DNA of 64,000 bases, taken from NCBI RefSeq assembly GCF_009914755.1, contig NC_060935.1. The stretch is one strand, 5' to 3'. The notes beneath the pieces were generated by a model that saw nothing but the letters and a program-made list of their open reading frames with translations, was not told the origin of the DNA and did not search any database. Source of the DNA: the human T2T-CHM13v2.0 reference genome, Homo sapiens. Both the position numbers and the translations under genes were made by a program. Below are positions 1 through 12,823 of the stretch, one piece after another (the stretch's first letter is position 1; every line of letters starts with the position of its first letter).

Positions 1-146
1 GTGTGTTTCGCAGTGACCCACCTTGGTGTGTTCCTCCAGGTGTCTGTCCTGCTTGAGGTTCAGTGAGCCCCGTGGATCCACGGGCTGATGTATTTAGTAC
101 ATTTGGGGAAATTCTTCATTGTTCTCTCTTAAAATGTGGCCTCTTC

Positions 147-503
<357 letters not shown>

Positions 504-744
504 TTAGACTATGAGGGGGCTCCATAGGCACCTGACATGCTGTGAGGTCTCCACCTCCCTTTTTTGCTTTGGTGCTTGTCAGGATAGTTTCTGCTGGCTG
601 GTCATTGAGGTCACTGTTCTTCTATTGTACCCACGCTGCTGTTCAGCCAATCCACTGAATTAATTTCGTTCATCTTTTTCTCCAATGAAATATATATATG
701 TGTGATATTATCTTATCCTTTTCTGAAAATTCTAGCATTTAGAT

Positions 745-1970
745 CACCTGTGTCCTGCTTCTGTTGGCTGTTTCTTCTCTTGAGAGTGGGTCACACTGTG
801 TCCTGCTTCTGTGGGCTGTTTCTTCTCTTGAGAGTGGGTCACACTGTGTCCTGCTTCTGTTGGCTGTTTCTTCTCTTGAGAGTGGGTCACCTGTGTCCTG
901 CTTCTGTTGGCTGTTTCTTCTCTTGAGAGTGGGTCACACTGTGTCCTGCTTCTGTTGGCTGTTTCTTCTCTTGAGAGTGGGTCACACTGTGTCCTGCTTC
1001 TGTTGGCTGTTTCTTCTCTTGAGAGTGGGTCACACTGTGTCCTGCTTCTGTTGGCTGTTTCTTCTCTTGAGAGTGGGTCACACTGTGTCCTGCTTCTGTT
1101 GGCTGTTTCTTCTCTTGAGAGTGGGTCACCTGTGTCCTGCTTCTGTGGGCTGTTTCTTCTCTTGAGAGTGGGTCACCTGTGTCCTGCTTCTGTGGGCTGT
1201 TTCTTCTCTTGAGAGTGGGTCACACTGTGTCCTGCTTCTGTTGGCAGTTTCTTCTCTTGAGAGTGGTTCTCCTGTGTCCTGCTTCTGTTGGCTGTTTCTT
1301 CTCTTGAGAGTGGGTCACCTGTGTCCTGCTTCTGTTGGCAGTTTCTTCTCTTGAGAGTGGTTCTCCTGTGTCCTGCTTCTGTTGGCTGTTTCTTCTCTTG
1401 AGAGTGGGTCACACTGTGTCCTGCTTCTGTTGGCTGTTTCTTCTCTTGAGAGTGGGTCACACTGTGTCCTGCTTCTGTTGGCTGTTTCTTCTCTTGTGAG
1501 TGGGTCACCTGTGTCCTGCTTCTGTGGGCTGTTTCTTCTCTTGAGAGTGGGTCACACTGTGTCCTGCTTCTGTGGGCTGTTTCTTCTCTTGAGAGTGGGT
1601 CACCTGTGTCCTGCTTCTCTGTTGGCTGTTTCTTCTCTTGAGAGTGGGTCACCTGTGTCCTGCTTCTGTTGTCTGTTTCTTCTCTTGAGAGTGGGTCACC
1701 TGTATCCTGCTTCTGTTGGCTGTTTCTTCTCTTGAGAGTGGGTCACACTGTGTCCTGCTTCTGTTGGCTGTTTCTTCTCTTGAGAGTGGGTCACACTGTG
1801 TCCTGCTTCTGTTGGCTGTTTCTTCTCTTGAGAGTGGGTCACCTGTGTCCTGCTTCTGTTGGCTGTTTCTTCTCTTGAGAGTGGGTCACCTGTGTCCTGC
1901 TTCTGTTGGCTGTTTCTTCTCTTGAGAGTGGGTCACACTGTGTCCTGCTTCTGTTGGCTGTTTCTTCTCT
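745..1970. repeat. 47/48-bp minisatellite, about 26 copies (CAC[A]CTGTGTCCTGCTTCTGTTGGCTGTTTCTTCTCTTGAGAGTGGGT)
   Basis: Direct tandem periodicity; explains the repetitive ORFs in this interval. Confidence 0.95.
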
Positions 1971-2357
1971 TTGGAGGGGGTCCCATTTCCCCACCTCTTT
2001 GCATACGCTGTAATGTTTTGTTGGATACTGCATGTTGTTTATTTAGAGCAGCAGTTCAGACTGAAGTAGGAGCTGTCATCCTGGAGGGGCTCCCTGCCTG
2101 TGTTGGGCATGTGGGGGGCTGCTCAGCCAGATCCAAACAGGACTTCAGCTGGACTGGGACTGGGGGTCCCTCCAGCAAATTTCTGTTCAGCTCTAACACA
2201 TATCCAAGGGACTGAACCCCTGGGTGGGGAAGTTTTTTCTTTTTTTTCTGTAGTGCCATAAGTGCCTGTCACTAATAGAAGCTCAGTGAATACCTGATTG
2301 ATTAATTGATTGATCGGTTGATTGATTGAATGCAGCAAGTGTCTGGGAGCTCCCAGT

Positions 2358-2640
2358 TACAGGTGCGTGTCAGGCGTGAGTCTGGGCACCAGGGTGGGCC
2401 TTTGCTCAGCTGTGTTTGTGGGCTCTGCAGGTGCGTGTCAGGTGTGAGTCTGGGCACTGGCGGCGGGGGGAGCCTTTGCTCAGCTGTGTTTGTGGGCTCT
2501 GCAGGTGCGTGTCAGGTGTGAGTCTGGGCACTGGCGGGGTGGGGGTCCTTTGCTCAGCTGTGTTTGTGGGCTCTGCAGGTGCATGTCAGGTGTGAGTCTG
2601 GGCACCGGGGGGCCTTCGCTGAGCTGTGTTTGTGGGCCCT
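2358..2640. repeat. Imperfect 65-75-bp tandem repeat, about 4 copies
   Basis: Repeated CAGGTGCGTGTCAGGTGTGAGTCTGGGCAC...TTTGCTCAGCTGTGTTTGTGGGCTCTG. Confidence 0.85.
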
Positions 2641-2944
2641 GGGACGTGATTCCCTCTTGGGTGGTGTTTCCAGCCGCTGGCTGCCCGGGCAGCTCCAAAT
2701 ACTGAGCTGTCAGGTCGGTGGTCTCTCTATGTCTTTCTGTTATCTTGTTCTGCTTTGCTGGGAATTTTCTCATTTTTTCAGTCCTTATTTAAATAGTTTC
2801 TTATTCTAGCAGTTATTATTTTTCATGTCTTAGAGCTTTTTTTTGTTTCTTAGTCGTTTTTTTAGACCTTGTTTATAGATGCAGCCACTCACTAAATCCT
2901 AGCACACTGGTGCAATCAACAGAATTTTTGAAATTCTCATTTCT

Positions 2945-3245
2945 GGCCAGACACAGTGGCTCACGCCTGTAATCCCAGCACTTTGGGGGGCCATGGCGGG
3001 GCCTCACTTGAGGTCTGTGGTTTGAGACCAGCCTGGCCAACATAGTGAAACCCCGTCTCTACTAAAAATACAAAAATTAGCTGTGTGTGGTGGTGGCATG
3101 CGCCTGTAATCCCAGCTGCTCAGGAGGCTGAGGTGGGAGAATCACTTGAACCTGGGAGGCAGAGATTGCAGTAAGCCGAGATGGCGCCCCTGCACTCCAG
3201 CCTGGGCGACAGAGTCAGATTCCATCTCGAAAAAAACAGAAACAA
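2945..3245 (+). mobile_element. Alu (AluS-type) SINE
   Basis: GGCCAGACACAGTGGCTCACGCCTGTAATCCCAGC, central A5TACA5 linker, A-tail; diverged TSD agaatttttgaaattctcatttc / agaatgtttgaaatcctgatttc. Confidence 0.95.
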
Positions 3246-5962
3246 GAATGTTTGAAATCCTGATTTCCCGATTCTGCTCCAGGCTCCGCGCCTCCTCCCA
3301 CACCCGGGCACGTGGTCGTTCGTCTCCAAGGAAGCCTGGTTGAGTGCAGAGCCTCCTCTTTCTTGGATAAGAGGGAATGTTGTCTTGTGTGAGTCTCTGG
3401 AAGGCAGGGCCTCTGCCCGGAGGCTCGGTGTCCGTGCATGCATGCAAGTGTGCGTGCGTGCATGTGTGCGTGTGTGCATGTGTGATGGCCTAATGGGCAG
3501 GAAGTGGGGTGGCCTTGTTAGGATGAGACAGATTTTGCCACAGGGCCGGCCCCCGCTCTGCTGGGTGTGACCCCAACTACCCTTCTTGTTGGCCCAGAGA
3601 GGGGAGAGGCTGGCCAGGGCTGCCCCAACCTGTGCACGCCCTTGGCAGATGCTCCAGGGTGTCTGCAGCCCCACCTGAGGCCTGCCCTGCACTCTGGCTA
3701 ACAGACATTTTCAGTTTTCCAGGTCCCCTGGAGACAGGCAGGCCCAGGCCCACCCCCTGCCTTCTCTGCCTGCCTGCCTCTAGAAGGTTCTTGAATGTTT
3801 AGAGGTTCCCCCGTCACGGCCAGGCTCCCTTTTGTTTAATTCAGGAAGGTTTGACAGGTGAGTGTGAGGTCTGCCAGCCTGGGCCTGGGCCCCTCCATGC
3901 AGGCCCTGCCTGGACCCCCTGTGACTCCCCCAAGTCCTATCTCCACCCCCTTGGTCCCCAGCTCCAGCCTCTTCCTCCACTGCCTAGACTGTCCCCTCGG
4001 GATACACCTCCTCCCTGCAGCCTCCTCCCTGGCTGTCACCCTCTTTGTGGCCTGCCTGGGGGACTTCTCTGGTTACTCCTGTCCTCAGCTCTAGGTGGGG
4101 CTGGCAGTCCTGGGGGCTCAGCCTCCATGTGGCATCCAGCAGGTGCCCGGCAACTCCCTGTTTTTCCACCTGACCTTAAGAGCCTGGCTTGAGCCTCTCA
4201 TGGGGAGGGGCCTGTGCCCCCCAGGGCCCCCTCGGCCCTCTGGCTGGGTGCTGGCAAGTAGGTCTCAACCCTGGAGCCTGACTGGGGCCTCCCACTGACA
4301 TCTTTCATCTGGGTGCAGAGCAGAGAGGGGCTTTGGGATGCTCAGAGTAATACCCTCAGATCTTTAGGATTCAGATCTTTGGGCTGCCTGTGGGCTCCTG
4401 GCTTGGCTGACCCTGGGCCTCCTCCTGGTACAGTCCCAGGCTGTGCTTTGGGTCCCAGGCTGCGCTTCGGAGGGGAGGGACAGTGTGGGGGCTCTCATTT
4501 AATCTTCACCCCCCAGGACGGGGTGTCAGGAGACCCCTGAGGCCAGGCACGTCTGGGGTCACACCCAGGAGGGAGGCAGGCGTCTGCAGTCTGGCCCTGG
4601 CTCAGGCCCACCCTTGCCCATCTCCGGCTGCAGAGATGCCTGCCTCTGCTTGGAAGGGACCTGGATCCTGGAACAGCCTAGGGCTGGGAAGCTGCTTCCT
4701 CCTCCACAATCTGGTCCCCAGTGGGAGCTGCATCCCACCTTTGTTTGGGTGCTGGGTTAGGAGGCGGGAGCCAGGCAGAGGCAGCGGAGCGGCTGCAGTG
4801 CGTGTGAAATGCTTCAGGGTGGCACGAATTTAACTAGAGAGGTTCTTTTCCAATGTGAGCAGTTGTCTCCCAAGAGATGCGCCGCCCCTTCCCTCTGCAC
4901 CTGGCACTGGTGGGCGGTGGAGGCTGTGGGATCTATTGATGTTCTGAGCGTGTGCTGAGGGCCTCGCTCCTTCCTGCCCCCTGCCCCAGCTCCTGTGTCG
5001 GGGCTGTTACCGTGGGTGTGCAGGGTGGGGGTGCATAGAGCCTGGGTGCCCCCAGACTGAGGAGGCCGAAGGGTCGGGGAGCAAGGGCCTGGGTGCTAAT
5101 GAAGGAACAAGGCTTCAATGTCTGTGGCAACTTCAGAGGCCCCTCTCGGGGCAGGTGGGAGAACCCCCAGCCTGGGGAGCAAACCTGCCGGCCCAGCACC
5201 GGGGTCTCTGCTGGAGATGTGAGCACGGCGGCCTGACCAGGGCCCGGGAGAGAGGGGGCAGGTGGGGGTGGGGTCGGGGCAGGCTGGGGGTGTCACTGGG
5301 CCTGCAGGGGGTCTAGCCTGAGGTTGGGGTGCCCCACGGGGGGAGGGTGGCACCTGTGCCTGGGCCGCATCATCGGGTGTATTTGAGGCGGGGTCAGAGC
5401 CAACTGTGTGTCGGGTGAGAGCCCAGCCCAGCCCAGCCCCAGCTGTGGGCCCCCCATGAGCCCCTCACGGGAGCATGCAGGTGGATGATCAGGGGTGAGC
5501 CAAGTAGATTGGGGGCGGGGGCTGGCCAGGCCTCATCGCAGCTCACAGCCCCCAGCCCCCTCCTGAGCTGTTTGGTACCCTGTGTGTGCAGAGTCCCAGG
5601 TGGGGCCTGCCCTCCTCCAGCCGCTCCTCCACCCTGTCTGCCGTGTGCCACCCATGGGGTGCTCTGGGGAGGGGTGGGGGTCCCTGTATTGCTGGGGAAG
5701 GTGTGCTGACCACAAGGGGAGCAGCTTATGGGGCCGAGGCTGGCTCAGGATGCCGGAGGCTCTGCGGTGGGCCCTGGCGAGTGAGGAGCTGTGGGGACGG
5801 TGCAGAGGGGCCTGTGCGCCTCCTGAGTTTGCAGTTGCTACAGTGCCCACACCCCGAGGATGCATGGCTGACAGTCCCCACTGGGTGGCCTTGACAAAGG
5901 TGTGGCCAGGGCAGGGCCTCTGAGGAGCTGAAGACCTGCTTCCAAGGACACTCCTCCCTGAC

Positions 5963-5983
5963 AGTCCTGTCCATGGTGCTGGA
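5963..5983 (-). promoter_or_regulatory. RE1/NRSE (REST binding site), canonical spacing
   Basis: Minus strand TCCAGCACCATGGACAGGACT vs consensus TTCAGCACCnnGGACAGnGCC; core CAGCACCATGGACAG intact. Confidence 0.7.
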
Positions 5984-6859
5984 AGAGCTCTGGCGACCCC
6001 ACAGGCAGGCAGGCCTGACCGTCCAAGGCTCGGCTGCCTGTGGGGAACTGGACACACTTCCTCCAGAGTCTCAGTTTTGCCAGCTGTTTGCCCAGCGCCA
6101 TGTCCACTCCCCAAGCCAGGACCGAGGGGGTGACGGAGATGAAGCTTGTGCTGGCCCCAGCTGGGGGCCGCTGCCCACCCAGCAAGCCCCACAGCCAGTC
6201 CCAACCTGGTGATGTGGTGTCCGGAGGATGGACCTCGAAGTCTCTCAGACCTGGGTTTCTGAGCTCCTCAGGTGTCTGTGTCCCCTCCTGGGAAAGGGAA
6301 CAGAGCTTTGCGAAGATCAAGGGGAGGGCAATGCAGCTTGGGAGCCTTAGCTCAGCCAGACAGCAGCCCGGAGGGTTAATGTCCAGGTACCTCCAGGGCC
6401 CATGCACCCAGGACCTCCCCAAGAGCTGTGCCTCCATGTACCTCAGGGCCTCCCCCAGAGCGGTGCCTCGTGGGGGATGCGGTGCCTCGTGGGGGACATG
6501 GTGCCTTGTGGGGTACGTGGTGGAGACGGTGGGGTCGTGGCCGTCCAGGCTTCAGAAACGGCAGAACCAGGGACCCTCCCCACTGTCCTGTCCTTAGCGT
6601 CTTGAGGCTAGGGGTGAGTTCGAGACCTCGTAAATACTTCAGTGCAGAGCCTTCAGTTAGGAGCCGAGGCCTCTGGCCAGGTTCAGGCACGTGGAGAGTG
6701 TGTGTGGGGAGAAGTTCTGAGACTGTGGGAGGGGTAGGGGTGTGCTGTGGCCACAGTGGTTCTGGAATTTGAGGTGCCTTAGGAGGTTCATGATGAAGGA
6801 TGCGGCCCACAGTCGTGTGAGCAGAGGACGGCACTCGCGAGCTCCCTGGGGCTCCTCAG

Positions 6860-7435
6860 ACCCGGTCACCGAACAGCAGAGACGTGCTCTTTCACATTCT
6901 GGAGGCGGGAAGTCCAAGGTCCAGGGTGGGCTGGCTCTTCCAAGGCCTCAAGGAAGCCCTGCCCCAAGCCTCCCCCGCTGGGCGTTCCGGGTGCCCCAGG
7001 CCTCCCCCGCTGGGCGTTCCGGGTGCCCCAGGCCTCCCCCGCTGGGCGTTCCGGGTGCCCCAGGCCTCCCCCGCTGGGCGTTCCGGGTGCCCCAGGCCTC
7101 CCCCGCTGGGCGTTCCGGGTGCCCCAGGCCTCCCCCGCTGAGTGTTCCCGGTGCCCCTGGGCCTGCAGAAGTGCTCCCCCACCCCCATCTTGCTTTCACC
7201 CTCACGTGGCGCCCCCATCCCACCCCGTGTGTCCCCAGCCACACTTTCCTCGGCCTTTCTCTGATAGGAAGGCTGGTAGTTGGGTTTAGTGTCCACCCCA
7301 AATCTGGGGCTATGTTATATTGAGATCCATAACTTAGAAACCTCTGCAGAGGCTGTTTTTCCAAGTCGGGTCACATTCATGCGCCCCAGGCACTGGGACA
7401 CACATCTTTTGGGGGTCACCATTCCACCCCCACAT
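6860..7435 (-). mobile_element. MLT1-family (MaLR) LTR, diverged
   Basis: CACATTCTGGAGGCGGGAAGTCCAAGGTCCAGGG ... CTGCAGAGGCTGTTTTTCCAAGT..GGTCACATTC ... ATCTTTTTGGGGGTCACCATTCCACCC resemble MLT1 LTR hallmarks (from memory). Confidence 0.65.
6961..7157. repeat. 32-bp GC-rich minisatellite, about 6 copies (GCCCCAGGCCTCCCCCGCTGGGCGTTCCGGGT)
   Basis: Direct tandem periodicity inside the MLT1-like LTR. Confidence 0.9.
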
Positions 7436-8932
7436 CCTCCAGCTGTGATGTGGGGCCATGGTGGACCCCTCGGCACCCCTGTGGCCTCCGGAACTGCTCC
7501 GTGAGCCCCGGGGAGCCCCACCATTCCCCTGGAGTGACAGTGGGTCCTGCCGGCCAGGCGGAGGGAAGTCTCTGCTGGGTGTCCACCTGCGAGGCCCTCA
7601 CCCCCTACTGCCTCATGTGGGGGGTGCCCCAGCACTGGGTGGGTCTGAGTGTGGGGGCAAAAGGAAGAAGGACAGGGAGAGCCAGGTGGGGACAAGGTGT
7701 CCTGCCGGGGTGGCCCCCACCTGCCCTCAGAATCCCTCCAGGCAGACAGTGGAGGCTGTGTGACCAGTGTGGGAGTTGGGGATAGGTGAGGGACCCCCTT
7801 CACTGGGGTGGGGCCAAGTGGCAGGAACTCCCCCAACATCTAAAGGAGAAGGGTCCAGGACCCTTCGCCAGGACCTGGGCTGCTTTGTGCCCCGGCAGGA
7901 CGGGACAGCCACACACCTGCTGCCCTGCCCTCCATCTGCATCCAGCCAACAGGCCATTCCTCCCGTGCTTCACCCTCCATCCTGGCCTGGGAGGCCCAGG
8001 CTCAGGACCCGTTGGGACTGTTTGGACAGAGGGAGTCGGGGGGGCCAGGCAGGGCCCTGTGGAGCCTGCTGGGGGCTCTGGACCTGGGCCTCTGCCAGGT
8101 GGGCTCCCTGGGACCTACTGGCGGGGGGGCAGGTTGCGGGGGTGGAGCAGGACCCCCTGGCCTGCATGCTTCCCCTTCCTGGGGCTCACACACAGCACCT
8201 CGTGGGCCCAGAGTGCTGGCGGGAGGGGTGTTCTCCCCGCCTCCATGGGCAAAGAATCTGGGGCCCTTGTCAGAGACCGCGGGGTCAGTGGGATTGGCGC
8301 CCAGGCCCTGCTGTGACGCCACGTGTTTCCCACTCAGCGAGGCTGTTCCTGCCAGGCGTGGGGACTCGGACCCTGGTCCTGAGTGCTGCCCCGAGGCCCG
8401 TGATGGGAAGCCTGACGTCTGCATCGTCCTGCGCTGCGTGGCCGGTCGGTCCCGGCGCTCTCAGCACTTGGAGTCTCAGCTCCCCGGGTCATCAGTCCAA
8501 GCCACTCAGCAGGTGGCTTCGGCTTAAGGCCTCTCAGGTGGCTCTGGTGAAGGCGTCACCCAGGGCTGCCTGATCTGCAGGCTGGGCTGGAGGGGCTGCT
8601 TCCTGGGGGGTCCCGCAGGCTGTGTGGGGGCCTCGGGTCCTCAGCACGTGGACGCCCTGCAGGGCACTGCTGCCAGACATGCCCACTGAGCTCCCCAGAG
8701 TCCAGGAGGAAGCTGTGGTGTCCTTGTGGTCTGTGGATGAGGCCCGCTTGGTCCCAGAGGTGCGGGTTGGTGACAGCGACGGGGCAGGTTGTCACCTGTC
8801 CTGGTCTCTGGGAGCCGCCTCAGTGGGGTGGAGGCAGGGCAGGCCTGTCCAATGACCCCACCCCCTCAGGACGTTTCCTCCGTGCAGCCTGGGCCAGGGG
8901 CCACGGGAGGCTCTTCACCTACAGGGGACGCA

Positions 8933-8953
8933 TTCAGCACCGAGGTCAGCAGC
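8933..8953 (+). promoter_or_regulatory. RE1/NRSE-like site
   Basis: TTCAGCACCGAGGTCAGCAGC; perfect left half, right half GGTCAG (one mismatch to GGACAG). Confidence 0.5.
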
Positions 8954-9517
8954 CCATCCCGAGCCCCCCACACCCCCGCTCGTCTCCCACTCTGTGTCCT
9001 CTCCACTGGCCTTGGGGTAGATGAGCTGCCCCCGTCCTTTCTTTGGGAACCCACCCCCTTCTGGGCGAGGGTGGGTAGCAGGCACCCGACAGGGTCCCCA
9101 GGTGGCACTCCAGGCCGTGGCACTAGATGTGCACTGTGGAGATGGGAAGAGGTGTGGGGCAGGGGAGGGCGTGGGGGGAACGCTGAGTTTCCTGGGTACA
9201 CCTGCCCCGGGGCCAGTGCCTCAGGCCTCTGGAGAGCGGATTTGCGGCCTCATGGCTGGGGAGGGCTGAGGTTCTGCTGTCCGGTGTGGTGCCACGGTGA
9301 GCACACCTCACCTGTCCAGCCTTCCCCCTAAACCCAGTGCTCTGGACGGTGGGCTGGCCCCTGGCTCCTAGCCTGTGCGCGCCCATTCAGGAAAGCAAAC
9401 ACCAGCACACACCGGTCCCTGTGGGGCCTTGGGTGCTCTGGGCACCCAGCTGCATGGGACGGGCAGGGCCACGTGGCCATCAGGGCCTGGATGGGGGCCT
9501 GGCACACAGCGGGCACT

Positions 9518-9637
9518 GGGGATGTGTGTGGGGCGTGCTCCGGGGATGTGTGTGGGGCGTGCTCCGGGGATGTGTGTGGGGCGTGCTCTGGGGATGTGTG
9601 TGGGGCGTGCTCTGGGGATGTGTGTGGGGCGTGCTCT
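9518..9637. repeat. 24-bp tandem repeat, 5 copies (GGGGATGTGTGTGGGGCGTGCTCY)
   Basis: Direct periodicity. Confidence 0.9.
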
Positions 9638-12002
9638 GCTGGCGACTGGGCTTGGATCTGTGGGGTGTAAATACCTGAGACGGCCCCTCCAGGGGAAAGA
9701 AGAGGCTTGAACTGTCACTTTAATCCTTTCAGACTCCGCAGGAGACAGAGCACGCCGGGGAGGACACATGTAGCCCTTGGGGGTGCCCAGTCCTGGCAAA
9801 TCTCGGTCTCGAGCCTGGGTCTGTCCCCGCAAATGTAGAGTGTGCAGGGAAGGCCCTGGGTTGCTGGGAACTTGCAGAGGCCCTGGGTGAAGGTGCCGCG
9901 TGTCTTCTCTGTGTGACTCCTGCCTGGCCCTGGGTGAAGGTGCCCCGTGTCTTTTCTGTGTGACTCTCACCTGTGAGGTGTCCTCCCTCCAGGAGGTGGT
10001 TGCTGGCAACGGGGGTGGGGGCAACAGATGGGCCAGCAGCCACGTGGTGGGGAGCAGAGAGGACCTGGGGGTGCAGACACAGGATGTGGCGGGGCTGCTG
10101 GGGAGGAGCTCAGGATCCCTCAGCCAAGTGCATGTGGGGAGGGCCCTGTAGTGGCCAGCAGCAGGCAAGTCTATGAAACGGGACCACTCCGCCTGGTGGG
10201 AAGCCCCCTGGGTCTGCATGCGGGAGATGGGGGGGCGGCACCCCAGGCTGTCCCCATACCTGCTGCGCAACTTTAGTCTGGTGCGTGCCGGGGCGGTGAG
10301 GGGGCTGCGCGGGGTCCTTCCCCAGTGCCAACACTGCCACCTGCCCCAGGGCCCCCTACCCAAACTAAAGAGCAGCCCGTCCAGCCCTAGGCTGGCTTGG
10401 CTCCTGGACCTGCAGCCCCCCATCCCCTCTCTCCCCACAGCCCCACTGGCTTCCTGGGGGCAGGGCGCTGCCGGCAGAGCTGCAGAACTGAGCCCTCACT
10501 GCCCCTCCAGAAAGTGCCAGCCCTCCTGGCACAACCCTGCCTGCCAGTCCTCCTGGGTAGCTGAGTGCAGGGGCAGGGGCTGTCCTGCTGCCTCGCCCGG
10601 CCCAGGCAGGAGAAGGCCCCTCACTTCTTGGCCAGCCTGGGACTTGAGTCAGGGCCTGCTCTCAGATACCACGTGCAGGGTAGTCCTGGGGCTCCCTTTG
10701 ACTCTCCTGGCCGGCTCAGGAGCACCTGGGGGCACCCGTGTTAACGTGCTAGTCTGCTCCCTGAGGCCCAGCATCCTCGTGGCATACCCGTGGCTTCCCT
10801 GGGATGCCCTGGGGCTCCACATGCCCAGGCCCTTCCCTGTGGGGGGCGCAGGGAGACCCAGCACTCTTGGGCACCCGCCGGCACACGCTCCCACAGAAAT
10901 GGGGCCTGGCGTGAGCTGCTGTGCACCGCCTGCCCCCTCAGGGCCCTGGGCAGTGATCTGTGGCACTGCGTGCCTTCCCTCTCGACAGCCAAGCCTGTGT
11001 TTGTGTAAAGACAGCAATTAGAGATGGACTCTCAATTGGAAAATAAGCCACAGTGAGTTGCAGGGGGAGATGATGAAGGGTGGCCCTGGGCTTCCCCGCT
11101 CCAGCTTCCAGTCCCCCATCCTCCAGGCTACGGCCCAGTCAGGAGGGCCTCTCACAGCACACTCCCCACTCCCTGCCTCCAGAAAGTGGCAAAACTGCTC
11201 ATAACCCAAACATTCTGCTCAGAGAAACTCGGAGCTGAGGGATACCAGGACGCAGAGGCCTGCACTGCTGCCTAGGACCCCAGGGAAGCTTTACCTAGGA
11301 GGGACGCCTCTATGCTGGGCTCTGAGGAGTGTGTAGGAGTCTTCAGAGTACAGTAATGGGGAAAGGACTTTCTAGGCATAGGGGCAGCAAGTGAAAGAAG
11401 ATGGAGGCAGGAGGAGTGACCAGAGCTCCAGGATGCAGCTGGGGACGGCTCTCCTACATCCCAGCCTGCTGCGTCGTGGCTGCCTTTACCTGAGCCACTG
11501 CGAGGCTCCTGAGCATAGGCAGGAGGCTCTTGGTGGCTGTGGCTCCTCTGTGACTCTGTTGCTATTTGAGAGGCCACCTGCAGCCCCCAGACTCCAGCCT
11601 CAAGGACGTGGGCAGGATCTATGGATGCGGCAGGCCCACCCCCAGTGGCTCCATCCCCTCCGTAACCTCCTCTGGGAAGGTGGGTGCTTGCCAGGAATGC
11701 CTTCTTCCATGTGGTCCACTGTCCTCACAGCCCTTCTGAGCCACATGTGCTGGCAGGGGATGGAACCACTGTTTCCTCATCTGTGAAATAGGGGTGAAGG
11801 GGCCCCACTCAAAGCAGCGCCTGGAGCAAGGCCAGTGCTCCGAGACTTGGCTGTCCTGATTTGTGCTGGGCCCAGCAGTGTCCTTTCAATAAAGTTGGCC
11901 CAGGTGGTTGTCAGGCTCCCTCCCATTTTCAGTCCCCACTTTCTTTCCTTTTCTGGAGGCAGGATTGTGCTCTCCACACCTTTTGGCTCCTGTCATTCAA
12001 GG

Positions 12003-12780
12003 ATGTGTGTGCACACTGGGAGTGTGCATGTTTGTACGTATGTGTGCATGATGGTATGTGCACGAGTGTGTGTGCACTGCGGGTGTGTGTGCATGTGCAC
12101 TGGGGTGTATGTATGCAGTCGTGTGTACATGCATGGGTGTGTGTACAGGCGTGCGTACTGTGTGTGCATGGGTGTGTGCACACGGGTTACTGGGGGTGTG
12201 CACTGGGTGCTTGTGTGCACTGGAGGTGTGTACTGGGTGCGTGTGTGTGCACGGGTGTGTGCCCTTGGCGTGTGGGCGTGTGCACTGGGTGTGTCCTGGG
12301 TGTGTGTGCATGGGTGTGTGTACACGGGTGTGTCCTGGGTGCATGCACATGTGTACACAGGTGTGTGTGCATGGGTGTGTGTCCTGGGTGCGTGCATGTG
12401 TGCACTCGGTGTGTGGGTGTGTGCACTGGGTGTGTGTGCACGTGTGCATGGGTGTGTGTGCACGGGTGTGTGTCCTGGGTGCATGCGCGTGTGCATGGGT
12501 GTGTGTGCACGCGGTGTGTGGGCGTGTGCCCATGGGTGTGTCCTGGATGCATGTGCACAGGTGTGTGTGCACTCGTGTGGGTGTGTGCACTGGGCGTGTG
12601 TCCTGGGTGTGTGTGCGTGTGCGCACAGGTGTGTGTCCTGGGTGCATGTGCACTCGGTGTGTGGGTGTGTGCACATGGGTGTGTGTGCACTGAGTGTAGG
12701 CACAGGGGTGTGCACGCATGGAGGTATGCACACACCTAGGGGTGTACACAGGTGCATGTCTGTGTGCGTGGCCACACGTG
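12003..12780. repeat. (TG)n-rich low-complexity tract with many TGCA/TGCATG
   Basis: Degenerate GT/TG dinucleotide composition. Confidence 0.9.
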
Positions 12781-12823
12781 CTGTCCCTGCCCAGGGCCCT
12801 GCTGCTCTGTCGCCAGCATCCTG

